Assembly: GCA_963823335.1 (NCBI GenBank)
Contig: CAWGLD010000001.1
Span: 992,001 to 1,056,000 of the forward strand
Reading direction: 5' to 3'
Origin: an uncultured delta proteobacterium
Lineage (GTDB): Bacteria > Desulfobacterota > Desulfobacteria > Desulfobacterales > B30-G6
DNA length: 64,000 bases
Shown: positions 38,890 to 49,902 of the stretch, piece by piece
Layout: each line of letters opens with the position of its first letter
How positions within the stretch are numbered: the stretch's first letter is position 1
Notes under the pieces: model-generated
What the model was told of the DNA's origin: nothing
The model's input: the letters and a program-made list of their open reading frames with translations, nothing else
Database searches by the model: none
Translations under genes and position numbers: made by a program

Positions 38890-40219
38890 TGGTTAAATCT
38901 TTGAAAATGTCATAGCTGATCAGGAGCTCCAATGCGCGCATTACTTGGTTGTCATTCTGAATGTTTTCCAGCAGTATCGCATTCGGTTTCGTCAAATCTT
39001 TCTCTGGTTCGTCAATCTGCTTTTTTGTGTCTTTCAAGGGCTTGGCATCTAAATGATTTCTAAGATCCTTTTCTTTCAGCAACCCATCCAAGGGGTTGGG
39101 GACATCGCCATTATCGATACTCATTTTATGCACAATGATATCAGGCACGATACCGGTGGCCTGAATCGACTTACCACTGGGAGTATAATACCGTGCGATG
39201 GTAAATTTGATGCCATAACCGTCTCTCAGCGATTCAACCGTTTGGACGGAGCCCTTGCCAAAAGTCTGGGTTCCCAGCAGCAGCGCTCGTTTATGGTCTT
39301 TTAATGCGCCGGCGACGATTTCTGAGGCGCTGGCACTGCCACCGTTGATAAGGATGATGATGGGGTAGCTTATCGGGGTGTCGCTGGGATGTGCATTATA
39401 AACATTGTTGTGTTTATCGAGTCGGCCTTTGATCGTTAGGATAATACCTTCTTCGATAAAAAGATCTGACACGGAGATGGCCTGGGAGAGTATGCCGCCC
39501 GGATTATCTCTTAAGTCGAGCACGAGTCCTTTTAATGGCCCGGCGCTGCTTTCGAGATCTTGCAGTGCCGTTGCTACATCATCGGTGGTCTGTTCTCTGA
39601 AATTGGTGATCCGAACGTATCCGTAGCCAGGTTCTAAATTGACGGCTTTGACGCTCTCGATGGGAATAACATCCCGGATCAATGTAAATTCAAGCGGTTC
39701 TTTTGCCGTCTCCCTGACGATCGTTATTATGACGGTGGTGCCCTTGGGTCCCCTCATGCGATTGACCGCGTCTCGCAAATCCGTGGTCGCAACGCCGTCG
39801 ACTTTCAAGATTTTATCCATTGCCTTGATGCCGGCTCCGTATGCCGGGGTTCCTTCAATCGGCGAAACGACCGTGACAAAACCATCCCGCATGGTGACAT
39901 GGATACCGATCCCTGTAAATCTACCCTCGGTATCGATCCGTAATTCTTCATAAGCCTCCGGTGGAAGTAAGGCGGAATGCGGGTCTAGACTACTGACCAT
40001 TCCCTGAATCGCTTTTTCTATGAGGTCCTTTGGCTCTACAGGGTCAACGTAGTTTTTTTGTATAATTTCAATAACGTCTGAAAATACCTTTAAGCCCTTG
40101 TATGTTTCGTCGCTATCTGCGGAAAGTTTATGGTAGAACCCGGCCCCCGCGGTCGAGAAAACAATGGTTACGACAAGAACGAGCCACAATTTTGTGCGGC
40201 TATATCGGTCACCTGTCAT
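38879..40219 (-). CDS. ctpA: S41 carboxyl-terminal processing protease
   Basis: LDPHS, PDZ GIG, DLRDNPGG, SASASEI and FGKGSVQ motifs. AAGGAG precedes ATG 40219. Confidence 0.93.
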   Translation of the reverse strand: MTGDRYSRTKLWLVLVVTIVFSTAGAGFYHKLSADSDETYKGLKVFSDVIEIIQKNYVDPVEPKDLIEKAIQGMVSSLDPHSALLPPEAYEELRIDTEGRFTGIGIHVTMRDGFVTVVSPIEGTPAYGAGIKAMDKILKVDGVATTDLRDAVNRMRGPKGTTVIITIVRETAKEPLEFTLIRDVIPIESVKAVNLEPGYGYVRITNFREQTTDDVATALQDLESSAGPLKGLVLDLRDNPGGILSQAISVSDLFIEEGIILTIKGRLDKHNNVYNAHPSDTPISYPIIILINGGSASASEIVAGALKDHKRALLLGTQTFGKGSVQTVESLRDGYGIKFTIARYYTPSGKSIQATGIVPDIIVHKMSIDNGDVPNPLDGLLKEKDLRNHLDAKPLKDTKKQIDEPEKDLTKPNAILLENIQNDNQVMRALELLISYDIFKDLTNAK

Positions 40220-40230
40220 TACAGCTCCTT

Positions 40231-41409
40231 TTATCCCTTGTTGATCCAAGGGGTCGGATCGATAGGTTTACCATGATAGCGGACTTCAAAATGAAGACCG
40301 GGTGTTGCCATGGAACCGGTATCGCCAACAGTGGCGATAACCTCCCCCGCCTCAACGAGATCCCCTTTTTTTTTAAAAAGTTCTTCAGCATGCGCATAAA
40401 GGGTGTAATAGTGGTCGCCATGATCAATGATTATCATATTGCCGTAACCTTTGAACCAGTTGGCATATAGCGTTTTACCCTTGTATACGGCGAGTATGGG
40501 CTCCCCTCTTTCAGCGCGGATATTGATACCGCTTCTGAAGTTAACGAGGTTGAACTCGGTGTTTGTGTAGGGTCCGAAGAATTCAACTATCTTACCGTTT
40601 ACCGGCATGATTAGCAACCCTTTTAAGTCCGTAAAGACAGTCGGTGATGAATCAGCATAGGGGCGTTTTCCAGGGTTTTCCTTTTTAAAGTCGCTGAAGG
40701 TTGTATTCAGGGCTTCTGCTGATTGCTTCAAAGATTCGATCGCTGCCAGCGTCAGTGTTTTTTTGCTGCGAATATTCTTCAACAGCTGAGCTCTTTTTTG
40801 CCGTTTCTGCGTCAGTTCCTGGATTTGAACGTTCAATTGTTGTTCGAGAGTCATTTTCTGCTTTTTTTGTATATCCAGATCCTGGCGAACCAAAGACAGC
40901 TCGTTCTGGCTTTCCTGTAGGACTTCAAGAAACATTTCATCCTGATGGAGAATCTTTTCCAATGCGATTTTCCGATGAAAAAAATCGTAAAGAGAGTCCG
41001 TAGAAGCCAGCAGGTTGAATTTTCCGATCTGATTTAGTTTGTAAAGGGCAACGATGCGCTGGGAGGCATATTTTTCATTTTGCAGTATCTTTTTTTCAAA
41101 CGCCCTGGACCTGTCCGTGTTTTCATTAATCAGCTGATCTATCTTATTGATATCTTTTTGTATAAGAAATATCGTCTGTCTGGCATCATTTAGGTCAAAG
41201 TTCAGGTTTTCCAGCTCCTCAATGATCTTGGTTTCTTTTTCTGTAATCGATACGATTTCTTTTTTATGGGCCTCGATCTCTTCGGGATGCACCAAAAGAG
41301 GATTGGAAAGCAACCAAGCCATCACGAGAAAGGAAAATACCGGGACCTTTCTTGTTGGGCGCAAAATAAAACACCAGGCTTGCAATACGGATATGGACAA
41401 AGAAGACAT
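40231..41409 (-). CDS. envC: Murein hydrolase activator EnvC-like (coiled coil plus degenerate M23)
   Basis: Coiled coil, GYGNMIIIDHG and LHFEVR motifs, downstream of ftsEX. Confidence 0.85.
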   Translation of the reverse strand: MSSLSISVLQAWCFILRPTRKVPVFSFLVMAWLLSNPLLVHPEEIEAHKKEIVSITEKETKIIEELENLNFDLNDARQTIFLIQKDINKIDQLINENTDRSRAFEKKILQNEKYASQRIVALYKLNQIGKFNLLASTDSLYDFFHRKIALEKILHQDEMFLEVLQESQNELSLVRQDLDIQKKQKMTLEQQLNVQIQELTQKRQKRAQLLKNIRSKKTLTLAAIESLKQSAEALNTTFSDFKKENPGKRPYADSSPTVFTDLKGLLIMPVNGKIVEFFGPYTNTEFNLVNFRSGINIRAERGEPILAVYKGKTLYANWFKGYGNMIIIDHGDHYYTLYAHAEELFKKKGDLVEAGEVIATVGDTGSMATPGLHFEVRYHGKPIDPTPWINKG

Positions 41410-42290
41410 TAGTTTTTTAGAAACTGTTTAAGAGACAGGTAACAACCGAGTAATCCCACCAGCATGCTGCCGCCGACAAAAAGAAAAAATTGCCCTATGG
41501 AGAGAAACTTGATTTCAAACAATCCCAGAGACAAGCTGGAGGTAAAGTTTGACGACACAAACTGATACGCGGCAAACAGGGCCGTCAGTCCGACAATGCC
41601 ACCAAGGGCGCTGAGAATAAGTCCTTCGATATAAAAAGGTGCCTTGATGAAGCGATCATTGGAGCCCACCAGACGCATGATTTCAATTTCTTCTTTTCTG
41701 GAGTAAAGAACGAGTCGGATCGTGTTGGCGATGATGAACAGTGTTGCGATTAGAAAAAGGCCTCCCATGGCATATCCGATGAACTTGAATATATTGATGA
41801 TCTGGGAAAATTTTGCAATCCAGTGTTGCCCATACTCTACTTCTTCAACCTGGGGAAGAGATTTAATTTTTTCGGCAAGTACCGCCACTTTGCTCAAATC
41901 ACGCGAGGCATCGATGATACGGACCTCAAAAGCATCCGGCAATGGGTTTTCCTTGAGGTTCTCAAGCAGGGAAGAATGGTTCTTCATCTGGTCTTTCAGG
42001 TGTTTGAGGGCGGTCTCTTTGGAAATGAAGTGGGTTTCCTGCACGTTTTCCATTTGTTGAATCTGATAGCGCAGATCCAGTCGGTTGGATTCTGTTGCTT
42101 GCGGTGAAAGGTATACAAGGACGCGGATTCCTTTTCTCCAGGAGTCCAATAATGCATTGGCATTGATAAAAAAAAGAGCAAAAGAGCTGACAATCAATAT
42201 CGAAAGGCCAATGGTCACAATGGTTACAGAATTTAGAAAGCGGTTGCTCAAGATATCTTGAAAGGCTTTTCTGAAAAAAAGCGTAATCAT
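41409..42290 (-). CDS. ftsX: Cell division permease FtsX
   Basis: NPLPD, NTIRL..YSRKEEIEIMRLVG and PFYIEG motifs. Confidence 0.95.
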   Translation of the reverse strand: MITLFFRKAFQDILSNRFLNSVTIVTIGLSILIVSSFALFFINANALLDSWRKGIRVLVYLSPQATESNRLDLRYQIQQMENVQETHFISKETALKHLKDQMKNHSSLLENLKENPLPDAFEVRIIDASRDLSKVAVLAEKIKSLPQVEEVEYGQHWIAKFSQIINIFKFIGYAMGGLFLIATLFIIANTIRLVLYSRKEEIEIMRLVGSNDRFIKAPFYIEGLILSALGGIVGLTALFAAYQFVSSNFTSSLSLGLFEIKFLSIGQFFLFVGGSMLVGLLGCYLSLKQFLKN

Positions 42291-42316
42291 ATTTTCTCGC
42301 TCAGAAAAAAGACAGC

Positions 42317-42988
42317 TTAGGTCTGGAGACGTCCTTGTTTCAGATAGATGACGCGATGTTTGGTATTATGAATCAACGTCGTATCATGTGTCGCAAAGAG
42401 GACTGTTGTTCCCCGTTTATGAAATGTTGTAAGGAGTTCAAAAATAGTTTCGGCTGCATCTGAGTCGAGGCTTCCTGTTGGTTCATCGGCCAGGATTATT
42501 TTGGGTTCACCGACAACCGCCCTGGCAACCGCCACTTTCTGTTGCTCACCGCCCGATAAGCCCAGAGGAAAGGCTTGCAACCGGTCTTCCATGCCAACGG
42601 TTCTTAAAACGCTATGAACCTTTTTCTGTATGAAGCGTTGATTCAGGCCTCTTGATTCAAGTACGAGAGCAACATTTTGAAACACCGTTTTTCCTGGAAT
42701 CAGTTTGTAATCCTGGAAAATAATACCCAGTTTTCTTCTCAAGAGATGCGCACGGTTCTTTGATATTCTGGCCAGATTCATGCCATCGATCAGCAACTGG
42801 CCTTCTGTTGTACTTTCCCCAAGGTAAAGGAGTTTTAGCAAGGTGGATTTTCCAGCGCCGCTGGGACCGGTAAAAAAAACAAACTCGTTCTTAAATATAT
42901 CCAGTGTAATATGATTCAGCGCGGGTTTTGAACCATAGCTCTTGCTGACATTGAAGATTCTAATCAGTGCAGTATCCGCGGTTTTCAT
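42317..42988 (-). CDS. ftsE: Cell division ATPase FtsE
   Basis: GPSGAGKST, IFQDYKL, LSGGEQQ and ADEPTG motifs, adjacent to ftsX. Confidence 0.94.
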   Translation of the reverse strand: MKTADTALIRIFNVSKSYGSKPALNHITLDIFKNEFVFFTGPSGAGKSTLLKLLYLGESTTEGQLLIDGMNLARISKNRAHLLRRKLGIIFQDYKLIPGKTVFQNVALVLESRGLNQRFIQKKVHSVLRTVGMEDRLQAFPLGLSGGEQQKVAVARAVVGEPKIILADEPTGSLDSDAAETIFELLTTFHKRGTTVLFATHDTTLIHNTKHRVIYLKQGRLQT

Positions 42989-44322
42989 TCAAAGAATTCC
43001 TGACCCATCTCTCGATGTAAAGAGGCTTTGGCAATTTGAAAATCATATAATGCACGGTAATAGTTGTTCATGGTTCTGAAAAGGAGCGTTTGTGCTGTAA
43101 GGACATCGGTGGATGTCGCAACCTGCTCTTGGTAACGCTCTTCGTTGATCCGGGCATTCTCTTTGGCCTGTTCAATGGCGGTCTCAATGGTGGTGATATT
43201 TTTCTCTGATGTCTGCATCTGCAGATAAGCCTGTGTAACACTGAGCTGGATGCCGTCTTCTATTTTTGAACGGTTCAATATTGTCTGGGAGCGACGGCTC
43301 TTTTTCTCCCTGGTGTTATAGGATCTTTTTCCCCAGTCCCAGAAATCCCATGATGCAACAGCGCTGATATCCCACGTGTCCTCATCTCCAATGCCATCAC
43401 CACCACTGACATCCCATTCCGTTCCATATCTGTAGTAATTGCCCTGCAGGTTAAGTGTCGGGTAATAGGCGCCTTTTGCTATCAGGATATCTTTGTCTGC
43501 CAGTTCAATTTCAATATCAGCCATCTTGAGTTCGACCCGATTTTCCAACGCGGTCCTGATGCAGAAATCAAGATCAAATTCAAAGGGTTTGTAGTCAAGC
43601 ATATCGACCACTTCAATGGGCTGGTGAAGGGGGCGTCGTAGCAGGACGTTCATATAGGATCTGGCGATGTCCAGATTGCTTTCTGTAATGACCACCTGCT
43701 GCTTAGCACCTGCCAGCAGAACCTGAGATTCCAACAGGTCATTTAGAGGAGACATGCCAACCTGGTAGAAATTGTTGACCACCTCCGTCTGAACGCTGAC
43801 CTGCCTGACCGTTTCTTTTGAAATGTCCAGGAGTTTTTCGGCTTTTAGGATCTCAAAATATGCTTTGGTTGCCTCTATTGCCACATCCTGCCTGACCCGA
43901 TTTTTATTTGCCTTTGTCAGGTCAAGATTCAGCTCCGCCATTTTGTACTGATTGGCAATGGAAAAACCACTGAACAACGGCTGGGTAATGGAAGCGACCA
44001 GTGTGTACCTTTCTTCAGGGGTAGTGATACCCACAAAAGGGCTCCTGATTTCCTTTTCGTTTCGCTTGTACTGGTATTTTGTGTTGAGAAGCGGATAAAA
44101 ATTTGTTCGGCTCTTTTCTTTCGCATATTCTGCAGCTTCGGTCTCCTTGATCGAGGTCTTGATATCGAGATTTGCCTCCAGGGCAATTTGGACGACCTGC
44201 TGCAGGGACAGCTGGGCTGATTTAGCTTCTTCTGCCCTTAAGGTACTTTGACCTTGAAACCATAGGAATATGACCAAAAGACAATACAAGCAGGCTTTGT
44301 GGCAATATTTTGCTGAATCCAT
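42985..44322 (-). CDS. TolC family outer membrane protein
   Basis: Signal peptide and two OEP repeats (FYPLL..QPLFSG; YYPTLNL..WDFWDWG). Confidence 0.9.
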   Translation of the reverse strand: MDSAKYCHKACLYCLLVIFLWFQGQSTLRAEEAKSAQLSLQQVVQIALEANLDIKTSIKETEAAEYAKEKSRTNFYPLLNTKYQYKRNEKEIRSPFVGITTPEERYTLVASITQPLFSGFSIANQYKMAELNLDLTKANKNRVRQDVAIEATKAYFEILKAEKLLDISKETVRQVSVQTEVVNNFYQVGMSPLNDLLESQVLLAGAKQQVVITESNLDIARSYMNVLLRRPLHQPIEVVDMLDYKPFEFDLDFCIRTALENRVELKMADIEIELADKDILIAKGAYYPTLNLQGNYYRYGTEWDVSGGDGIGDEDTWDISAVASWDFWDWGKRSYNTREKKSRRSQTILNRSKIEDGIQLSVTQAYLQMQTSEKNITTIETAIEQAKENARINEERYQEQVATSTDVLTAQTLLFRTMNNYYRALYDFQIAKASLHREMGQEFFE

Positions 44323-44431
44323 TAAGTTATCCTGATTCTCAGTGGTATGATTTTGATTTGACCCGATCTCAAATAATTGCTAAAGCATTCCCGAGGTGAA
44401 GGAGTGCTGTCACCAGTTTTCCTTTCTCAGG

Positions 44432-44486
44432 ACCTCCACTGAAACCCATTGAATCGCTTCTTCCGTTTTGGTGGAGGTTTTTTTTT
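44432..44486 (+). terminator. Intrinsic terminator or attenuator upstream of pyrE
   Basis: 14-bp stem ACCTCCACTGAAAC/GTTTTGGTGGAGGT (two G.U pairs) ending in T9. No + strand gene lies upstream. Confidence 0.65.
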
Positions 44487-44619
44487 ACCCGAAAGATGAC
44501 ATTAAATCAACTGTTTCTTGAAAGGGACGTGGTATGGAATCGCCCGGTTTTTGAAGAACCTACGGGGTTAGCACTCGCTTTTGCGGTTCAATACGAAAAC
44601 AGTTAAGGAGAACCCAAAG

Positions 44620-45183
44620 ATGAAAAAGGAACTCATTGACCTTCTGTGTACAAAATCCTTCAAGTATCATGATCAGCCTGTTTTTAAACTGGTTTCCGGC
44701 CAGATGAGCCGGTATTATATCAACTGTAGACCCGTGACACTTGATCCCCGTGGCTTGTTTCTTGTGGGGCATCTGATGTTTCAGACAATCAAGGATCTTG
44801 AGGTGAAGGGAATCGGCGGGTTAACTTTTGGCGCTGACCCGATAGCGGTGGCTGCCGCCTATACTTCCGAGCTTAAAGGCCGACCCGTGAAAGCTTTTTC
44901 CATTCGAAAAAACCAGAAAGATCATGGTGTTATCCAGTGGATTGAAGGTGATATGAGTCCAGGCGACCGGGTTGTTATTATCGATGACGTTGCGACGACA
45001 GGCGGTTCGACCATAAAAGCGATTGAGCGGGCTAGATCGGAAGGACTGGATGTCATCAAAGCGGTTATTCTGGTGGACAGGCAGGAAGGCGGTATCGAGA
45101 ATATACGCAAGCACGTGCCGGATGTATCTTCAGTCATTTTACGCGATGATTTGATCCAGCGCTGGAAACAACGGCAAAAATAG
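44620..45183 (+). CDS. pyrE: Orotate phosphoribosyltransferase
   Basis: [24 protein letters not shown] and [11 protein letters not shown] motifs. AAGGAG RBS. Confidence 0.93.
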   Translation: MKKELIDLLCTKSFKYHDQPVFKLVSGQMSRYYINCRPVTLDPRGLFLVGHLMFQTIKDLEVKGIGGLTFGADPIAVAAAYTSELKGRPVKAFSIRKNQKDHGVIQWIEGDMSPGDRVVIIDDVATTGGSTIKAIERARSEGLDVIKAVILVDRQEGGIENIRKHVPDVSSVILRDDLIQRWKQRQK

Positions 45184-45204
45184 CACGCTTAAAAAAATAG
45201 CCTA

Positions 45205-45573
45205 TCAGGGAATATATGTGGCGCAGGCGTCATCGGATTCCCAGGTACGGACACGTGAAACACGAATTTCCGGATCAGAGATTTTTTCCTGCATCGACTC
45301 GGCGATATATCTGGCAATATTTTCTGAGGAAGAGTTTTTATTTTGAAAGCACTCTAAATCGTTAAGAAAGGTGTGGTCCAGGGTCTTAACGATATCTGCA
45401 AGGTGTTTTTTGATCTCACCAAAATCAATCACTACGCCGGCATCATTCAGTTTTTCACCTGCAATAAAGACTTCAATCTTCCAATTGTGTCCGTGTAGAT
45501 TTTCGCATTTTTTTGCTACCATGGCCAATTGATGGGCCGCAGCAAAGTGGTTAACAACTTTTAATTCATACAT
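45205..45573 (-). CDS. queD: 6-carboxytetrahydropterin synthase
   Basis: FAAAH, CENLHGHNW, LDH..LN, SSENIA and WES motifs. Confidence 0.93.
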   Translation of the reverse strand: MYELKVVNHFAAAHQLAMVAKKCENLHGHNWKIEVFIAGEKLNDAGVVIDFGEIKKHLADIVKTLDHTFLNDLECFQNKNSSSENIARYIAESMQEKISDPEIRVSRVRTWESDDACATYIP

Positions 45574-45591
45574 GGTATCACCAATGGTTTT

Positions 45592-46710
45592 CTAATGGAT
45601 TGCGCTTTCCGGCTCTCCTTTGAACAGGTTTTTTATTTTATTGGAGATTTTGTTGGCGTCCAGGTTTGCAAATTCTTTCAGGAGCTTTTCCTGCTTTTTA
45701 TTCAGATTGGTGGGGGTTTTGATGGATACCTGAATGATTTGATCACCACGCCGACCGTTTCTCAGGGAAGCGATACCTTCTCCTGAAAAGCGAAAAACAT
45801 CGCCCGGTTGTGTCCCTTTTGGTATTTTTAAGGTTTTTTTGCCGACCAGTGTCGGTACCTCTATTTTATCCCCCAATGCGGCCTGGACGAAGGAAATGGG
45901 AATTTCACATATTAGATCTGAATTGTTTCTGGCAAAGAAATCGTGGGGCTCGACATGGATAAAAATGTAGAGATCACCTGGAGGGCCCCCGATGCTTCCT
46001 GCTTCACCTTCACCATTTAAGCGAAGCCTGCTGCCAGTATCGACACCTCCTGGGATTTTTACCGAAACGGTTTTCTTGGTTTTCAGATGACCGGACCCCC
46101 TGCAGTTTTTGCACGGAGACGAGATGGTCTGCCCGCTCCCGCCACATTGTGAACAGGTGGTTCTGACGGTGAAAAAACCTTGACTGCTGGAAACCTGACC
46201 CAATCCGTTGCACTGGCTGCATGTTTCCGGATAAGTGCCTGGTTCACTGGCACTTCCTTCACAGACCGAACAGGTTTCCAGTTTTTCTACGTCGACGGTC
46301 GTTTCAGTGCCGAATGCTGCATCCATAAAAGAAAGACCGAGGTCATAGCGGAGGTCTGACCCTCTCCGGAATCTGCCGCGCCCGGAACTCCGGCCTGAGC
46401 CGAATCCGAAAAAATCCTCAAAAATATCACCAAAGCTCGAAAAAATATCTTCGAATCCGCCAAAACCCGAAAATCCAGATCCCTCCAAACCCTGATGACC
46501 GTACTGATCATAGATTTTTCGTTTTTGGCTGTCCCTGAGGACCGCATATGCCTCTGCGGCGTCCTTGAAGCTTTCTTCGGCATCTTTATTGCCCGGATTT
46601 TTATCCGGGTGGAATTTTATGGCCTGCTTTCGATAAGCTGTCTTGATTTCCGATTCTGAAGTGTTTCGGTCGACGCCTAAAATTTCGTAGTAATCTCTCT
46701 TGTTCTGCAT
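45592..46710 (-). CDS. dnaJ: Chaperone DnaJ
   Basis: J domain HPDKN, G/F-rich region, four CxxCxG zinc motifs and GDLY. Confidence 0.97.
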   Translation of the reverse strand: MQNKRDYYEILGVDRNTSESEIKTAYRKQAIKFHPDKNPGNKDAEESFKDAAEAYAVLRDSQKRKIYDQYGHQGLEGSGFSGFGGFEDIFSSFGDIFEDFFGFGSGRSSGRGRFRRGSDLRYDLGLSFMDAAFGTETTVDVEKLETCSVCEGSASEPGTYPETCSQCNGLGQVSSSQGFFTVRTTCSQCGGSGQTISSPCKNCRGSGHLKTKKTVSVKIPGGVDTGSRLRLNGEGEAGSIGGPPGDLYIFIHVEPHDFFARNNSDLICEIPISFVQAALGDKIEVPTLVGKKTLKIPKGTQPGDVFRFSGEGIASLRNGRRGDQIIQVSIKTPTNLNKKQEKLLKEFANLDANKISNKIKNLFKGEPESAIH

Positions 46711-46869
46711 GAATAACCTGTTTGATGAATGGAATAGAACCGAACCAATTGGTCATAAAAATAATGCAGCATGGCGTCTTGTCAATGCATGATGGTTACA
46801 ACGGGAGGGATTTGATGAACAAAAATCATGGAACCGGCATCAAGATAAAGGTTTGCGGGAAATCTTGCT

Positions 46870-48510
46870 TCAGCCGACAAAAGATCTACGGAAGCGTGTA
46901 TCCTTTTGCCACCTGGCGTCGTTTCTTTTGGGGTATTCAATATTGTAGTGAAGGCCGCGGCTTTCTTTTCGGTAAGAGGCGCATTTGATAATCATTTCTG
47001 CGACGGTTGCGATGTTCCTGAGTTCGACCAGACCGGATTCAATCTTGAAATTCCAGTAGTATTCCTGAATCTCGTTTTGAATGATATCGATTCGCCGCTT
47101 TGCTCTGGCAAGGCGCTTGTTAGAGCGGACGATACCGACATAATTCCACATGAGTCGCCTAATTTCGTCCCAGTTGTGAGAGACCATGATGACCTCGTCG
47201 CTGTCGGTTGTTCCTGTGTCGTCCCAGTCAGGTATCTCCGGTAGCGGCTTGAATTTGCCTTTCTTGAGGTTTTTAATGGCTTGGGTCGATGCATTATTGG
47301 CATAGACAACCGCCTCGATCAATGAATTACTGGCAAGCCTGTTTGCGCCATGAAGTCCGGTGCAGGCGGCTTCTCCGATGGCGTAAAGATTTTGAATATC
47401 GGTTCTGGCAAAAAGATCGGTAGCAATTCCGCCACACATGTAGTGCTCTGCAGGAACCACCGGAATGGGTTCTTTTGTCATGTCATACCCGAAACGTAAA
47501 CATTTCTGGTAGATATTGGGGAAGCGGTTTCTAACAGCTTCAGAATTTTTGTGGGAAATATCCAAAAATACGGAATCATCGCCACTTTTTTTCAGTTCTG
47601 TATCGATGGCGCGGGCTACCACATCTCTACATGCAAGATCTTTTTGTGGATCGTAGTTTTTCATGAAAGGATTCCCCCGCGAGTCAATCAGAAGCCCTCC
47701 CTCTCCCCGAACAGCCTCAGAGATGAGAAAATTTTTCGCATCCGGGTGGTAAAGACAGGTTGGATGAAACTGGACAAATTCCAAGTTAGCCAGCGTAGCA
47801 CCCGCACGATATGCCATGGCGATGCCGTCTCCGGTCGCCACATCTGGGTTGCTGGTGTAAAGATACACTTTTCCGGCACCGCCCGTGGCGATCAGGGTGA
47901 TGTTCGCACTGAACGAGAGTACACGACCTGTTGTTTTATCGAGAACATAGGCGCCGCAGCAGCAATCTTCGTGGGTGGTCGTAATGAGACCTCTTTTCAT
48001 GCTGGTGGAGAGGGTGATGAGATCGATGGCGATGTGACTTTCAAATAACGCTATGCTTTCATGATGCTGCAGATGTGAGACAAGCACGCGCTCGATTTCT
48101 TGGCCCGTCATATCCTGGGCATGGACGATTCTGTTCTGAGAATGGCCCCCTTCACGTCCTAAATCGAGCTGGTCTGAGGCCTCATGGGGGTCTGAATTTT
48201 TTCTGATATTGAACTTGACACCGAGTTGAATAAGTTCCTTGATGCGCTCCGGACCACTCTTGACAACGGTTTCGACAACATTCGGGTTACACAATCCATC
48301 ACCTGAGGCAAGGGTGTCCTTGATGTGAAGGTCAAAGGAATCAAGTTCATCAAAAACAGAAGCAATACCTCCCTGGGCAAGGCTGGTGTTGCTGTCCGTT
48401 ACCTTTTCTTTCGTAACGACAGCGACGGAACCGAATTTGGCGACTTTTAGAGCAAAGGTCAGGCCTGCGATACCACTGCCGATGACCAGAAAATCATAGG
48501 AATATTTCAT
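46870..48510 (-). CDS. nadB: L-aspartate oxidase
   Basis: GSGIAG, AQGGIA, REGGHS, QFHPT, ISEAVRGEG and GLHGANRLASNSL motifs. Confidence 0.96.
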   Translation of the reverse strand: MKYSYDFLVIGSGIAGLTFALKVAKFGSVAVVTKEKVTDSNTSLAQGGIASVFDELDSFDLHIKDTLASGDGLCNPNVVETVVKSGPERIKELIQLGVKFNIRKNSDPHEASDQLDLGREGGHSQNRIVHAQDMTGQEIERVLVSHLQHHESIALFESHIAIDLITLSTSMKRGLITTTHEDCCCGAYVLDKTTGRVLSFSANITLIATGGAGKVYLYTSNPDVATGDGIAMAYRAGATLANLEFVQFHPTCLYHPDAKNFLISEAVRGEGGLLIDSRGNPFMKNYDPQKDLACRDVVARAIDTELKKSGDDSVFLDISHKNSEAVRNRFPNIYQKCLRFGYDMTKEPIPVVPAEHYMCGGIATDLFARTDIQNLYAIGEAACTGLHGANRLASNSLIEAVVYANNASTQAIKNLKKGKFKPLPEIPDWDDTGTTDSDEVIMVSHNWDEIRRLMWNYVGIVRSNKRLARAKRRIDIIQNEIQEYYWNFKIESGLVELRNIATVAEMIIKCASYRKESRGLHYNIEYPKRNDARWQKDTRFRRSFVG

Positions 48511-48547
48511 TCAGCATCTCGTTTTTCTATGGTTTGTCAAGCACCTG

Positions 48548-49210
48548 TTACAACAGGGATGAATGGCGCTTTTGTTTTTTGGAACTGAAGCCCAAGACGA
48601 AACCCAACAAGAGTACCCCAGAGCCGCCCAGGAACCATCGGATATATTTCTTTTTCAGGGTGTCGTTTAATTCCTTGTCAAGTTCATCGGCCTTCTGCGT
48701 CTGTGTTGAAAGACGTTCAACGGTCTTATCATGTTCACTTTTGAGTTCCAGAAAACCCGCAGCATCCTTTTTCAACTTTTCATAAGACTGTTCTGTTTTT
48801 GTCAGTAGTTGTTCTGTTTCTTTAAGGCCCCTTTCAAGTTTCGTCTTGTCAGCTTGTAGTTGCTGGTTGGTCTTTTGAACAGTCGCCAGTTCTGTTTTCA
48901 ATGTTTCAAAGGATTGACTGACGTCTTTGATTCTTGTCCGACAGGGAACTTCCTCTGAAAGGTATTGTTGGAGAACCCATCCTTCTTTACCGCTTGGAAG
49001 GCTTATTTTAGCCCACTCTCCCTCAGGCTGAAGGAACGTCACCTGCTGGCCGCTGTTCAGGAGAGATATAATTTTTCGATCGTTTCCAGGCCCTGATCGA
49101 AAGGTGATATGCATTTTGTCCGTTACATACCGTGTTTCGGCATGGGCCATGGTTGCAAGAAAAAAAATGGCGATTCCCTGGATTAATAAACGACATAGTG
49201 ATTGTTTCAT
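48548..49210 (-). CDS. SH3 domain protein (TIGR04211/YgiM-like)
   Basis: ETRYVTD...RSGPG...GWV, coiled coil and C-terminal TM (WFLGGSGV). Confidence 0.88.
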   Translation of the reverse strand: MKQSLCRLLIQGIAIFFLATMAHAETRYVTDKMHITFRSGPGNDRKIISLLNSGQQVTFLQPEGEWAKISLPSGKEGWVLQQYLSEEVPCRTRIKDVSQSFETLKTELATVQKTNQQLQADKTKLERGLKETEQLLTKTEQSYEKLKKDAAGFLELKSEHDKTVERLSTQTQKADELDKELNDTLKKKYIRWFLGGSGVLLLGFVLGFSSKKQKRHSSLL

Positions 49211-49432
49211 GAAAATTTGCCTCCAAAGTGAGTGGCAACACTATAGATCAGGATTTATGTCGCCAGCTTGTAAAGTCTTATTTTGACATTATGTTTATGG
49301 CAAAGGTATTTTGTGTTGAACAATCGAATCTGTCAATAAATTCTTTTCATACGTCAATACATATGATAATTTCAAGTATTTGATAGGAACCGTACCGGGC
49401 AATACCGTATTGTAAAGGGGAATTCTTCATTC

Positions 49433-49861
49433 ATGATAGTATTTGATCTGCAATGTGAAAAAGGGCATATCTTTGAAGGTTGGTTTGAAGATGGCCAGGC
49501 CTATGACGCGCAAAAAAAAAGGGGGCTTATTACGTGCCCGTCATGCAACAGTACCGCTATTTCTAAGCGTCCTTCCACCTTTGCCATCAAAGGCTCTCAA
49601 TCGGTGACGGGCCAGATGGATCAGCAGATCGATTTAGAGAAAATGAGTAATGACATCAGCGAGTATGTAAACAAGAATTTTGACAATGTGGGTTGTGAGT
49701 TTGCCAAAGAAGCGCTGAAAATGCATTATGGTGTAACCGAGTCTCGAAATATCAGAGGCGTCAGCACAAGGGAAGAAGAAAAAATATTATCCAAGGAAGG
49801 CATTCAATTTTTCAAAATACCGGTTACCATGCCGGCAGATCCAGAGTCAGAAGATTCCTGA
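49433..49861 (+). CDS. DUF1178 family protein
   Basis: MIVFDLQC..GH.FEGWF, CPSC and VG.EFAKEALKMHYG motifs. Confidence 0.9.
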   Translation: MIVFDLQCEKGHIFEGWFEDGQAYDAQKKRGLITCPSCNSTAISKRPSTFAIKGSQSVTGQMDQQIDLEKMSNDISEYVNKNFDNVGCEFAKEALKMHYGVTESRNIRGVSTREEEKILSKEGIQFFKIPVTMPADPESEDS

Positions 49862-49902
49862 GGACCCCGTCTCTGTCGATAAAGACCGCTTTTTTGTTTC
49901 AC

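Noticed and set aside
44568-44576. CIRCE element (TTAGCACTC)
   Set aside because: Only one half-site; no GAGTGCTAA 9 nt downstream, and it precedes pyrE rather than a chaperone gene.
47440-47460. NadB PAEHY instead of the more usual PAAHY
   Set aside because: A single substitution at a position that varies in the flavoprotein family; no other sign of decay.
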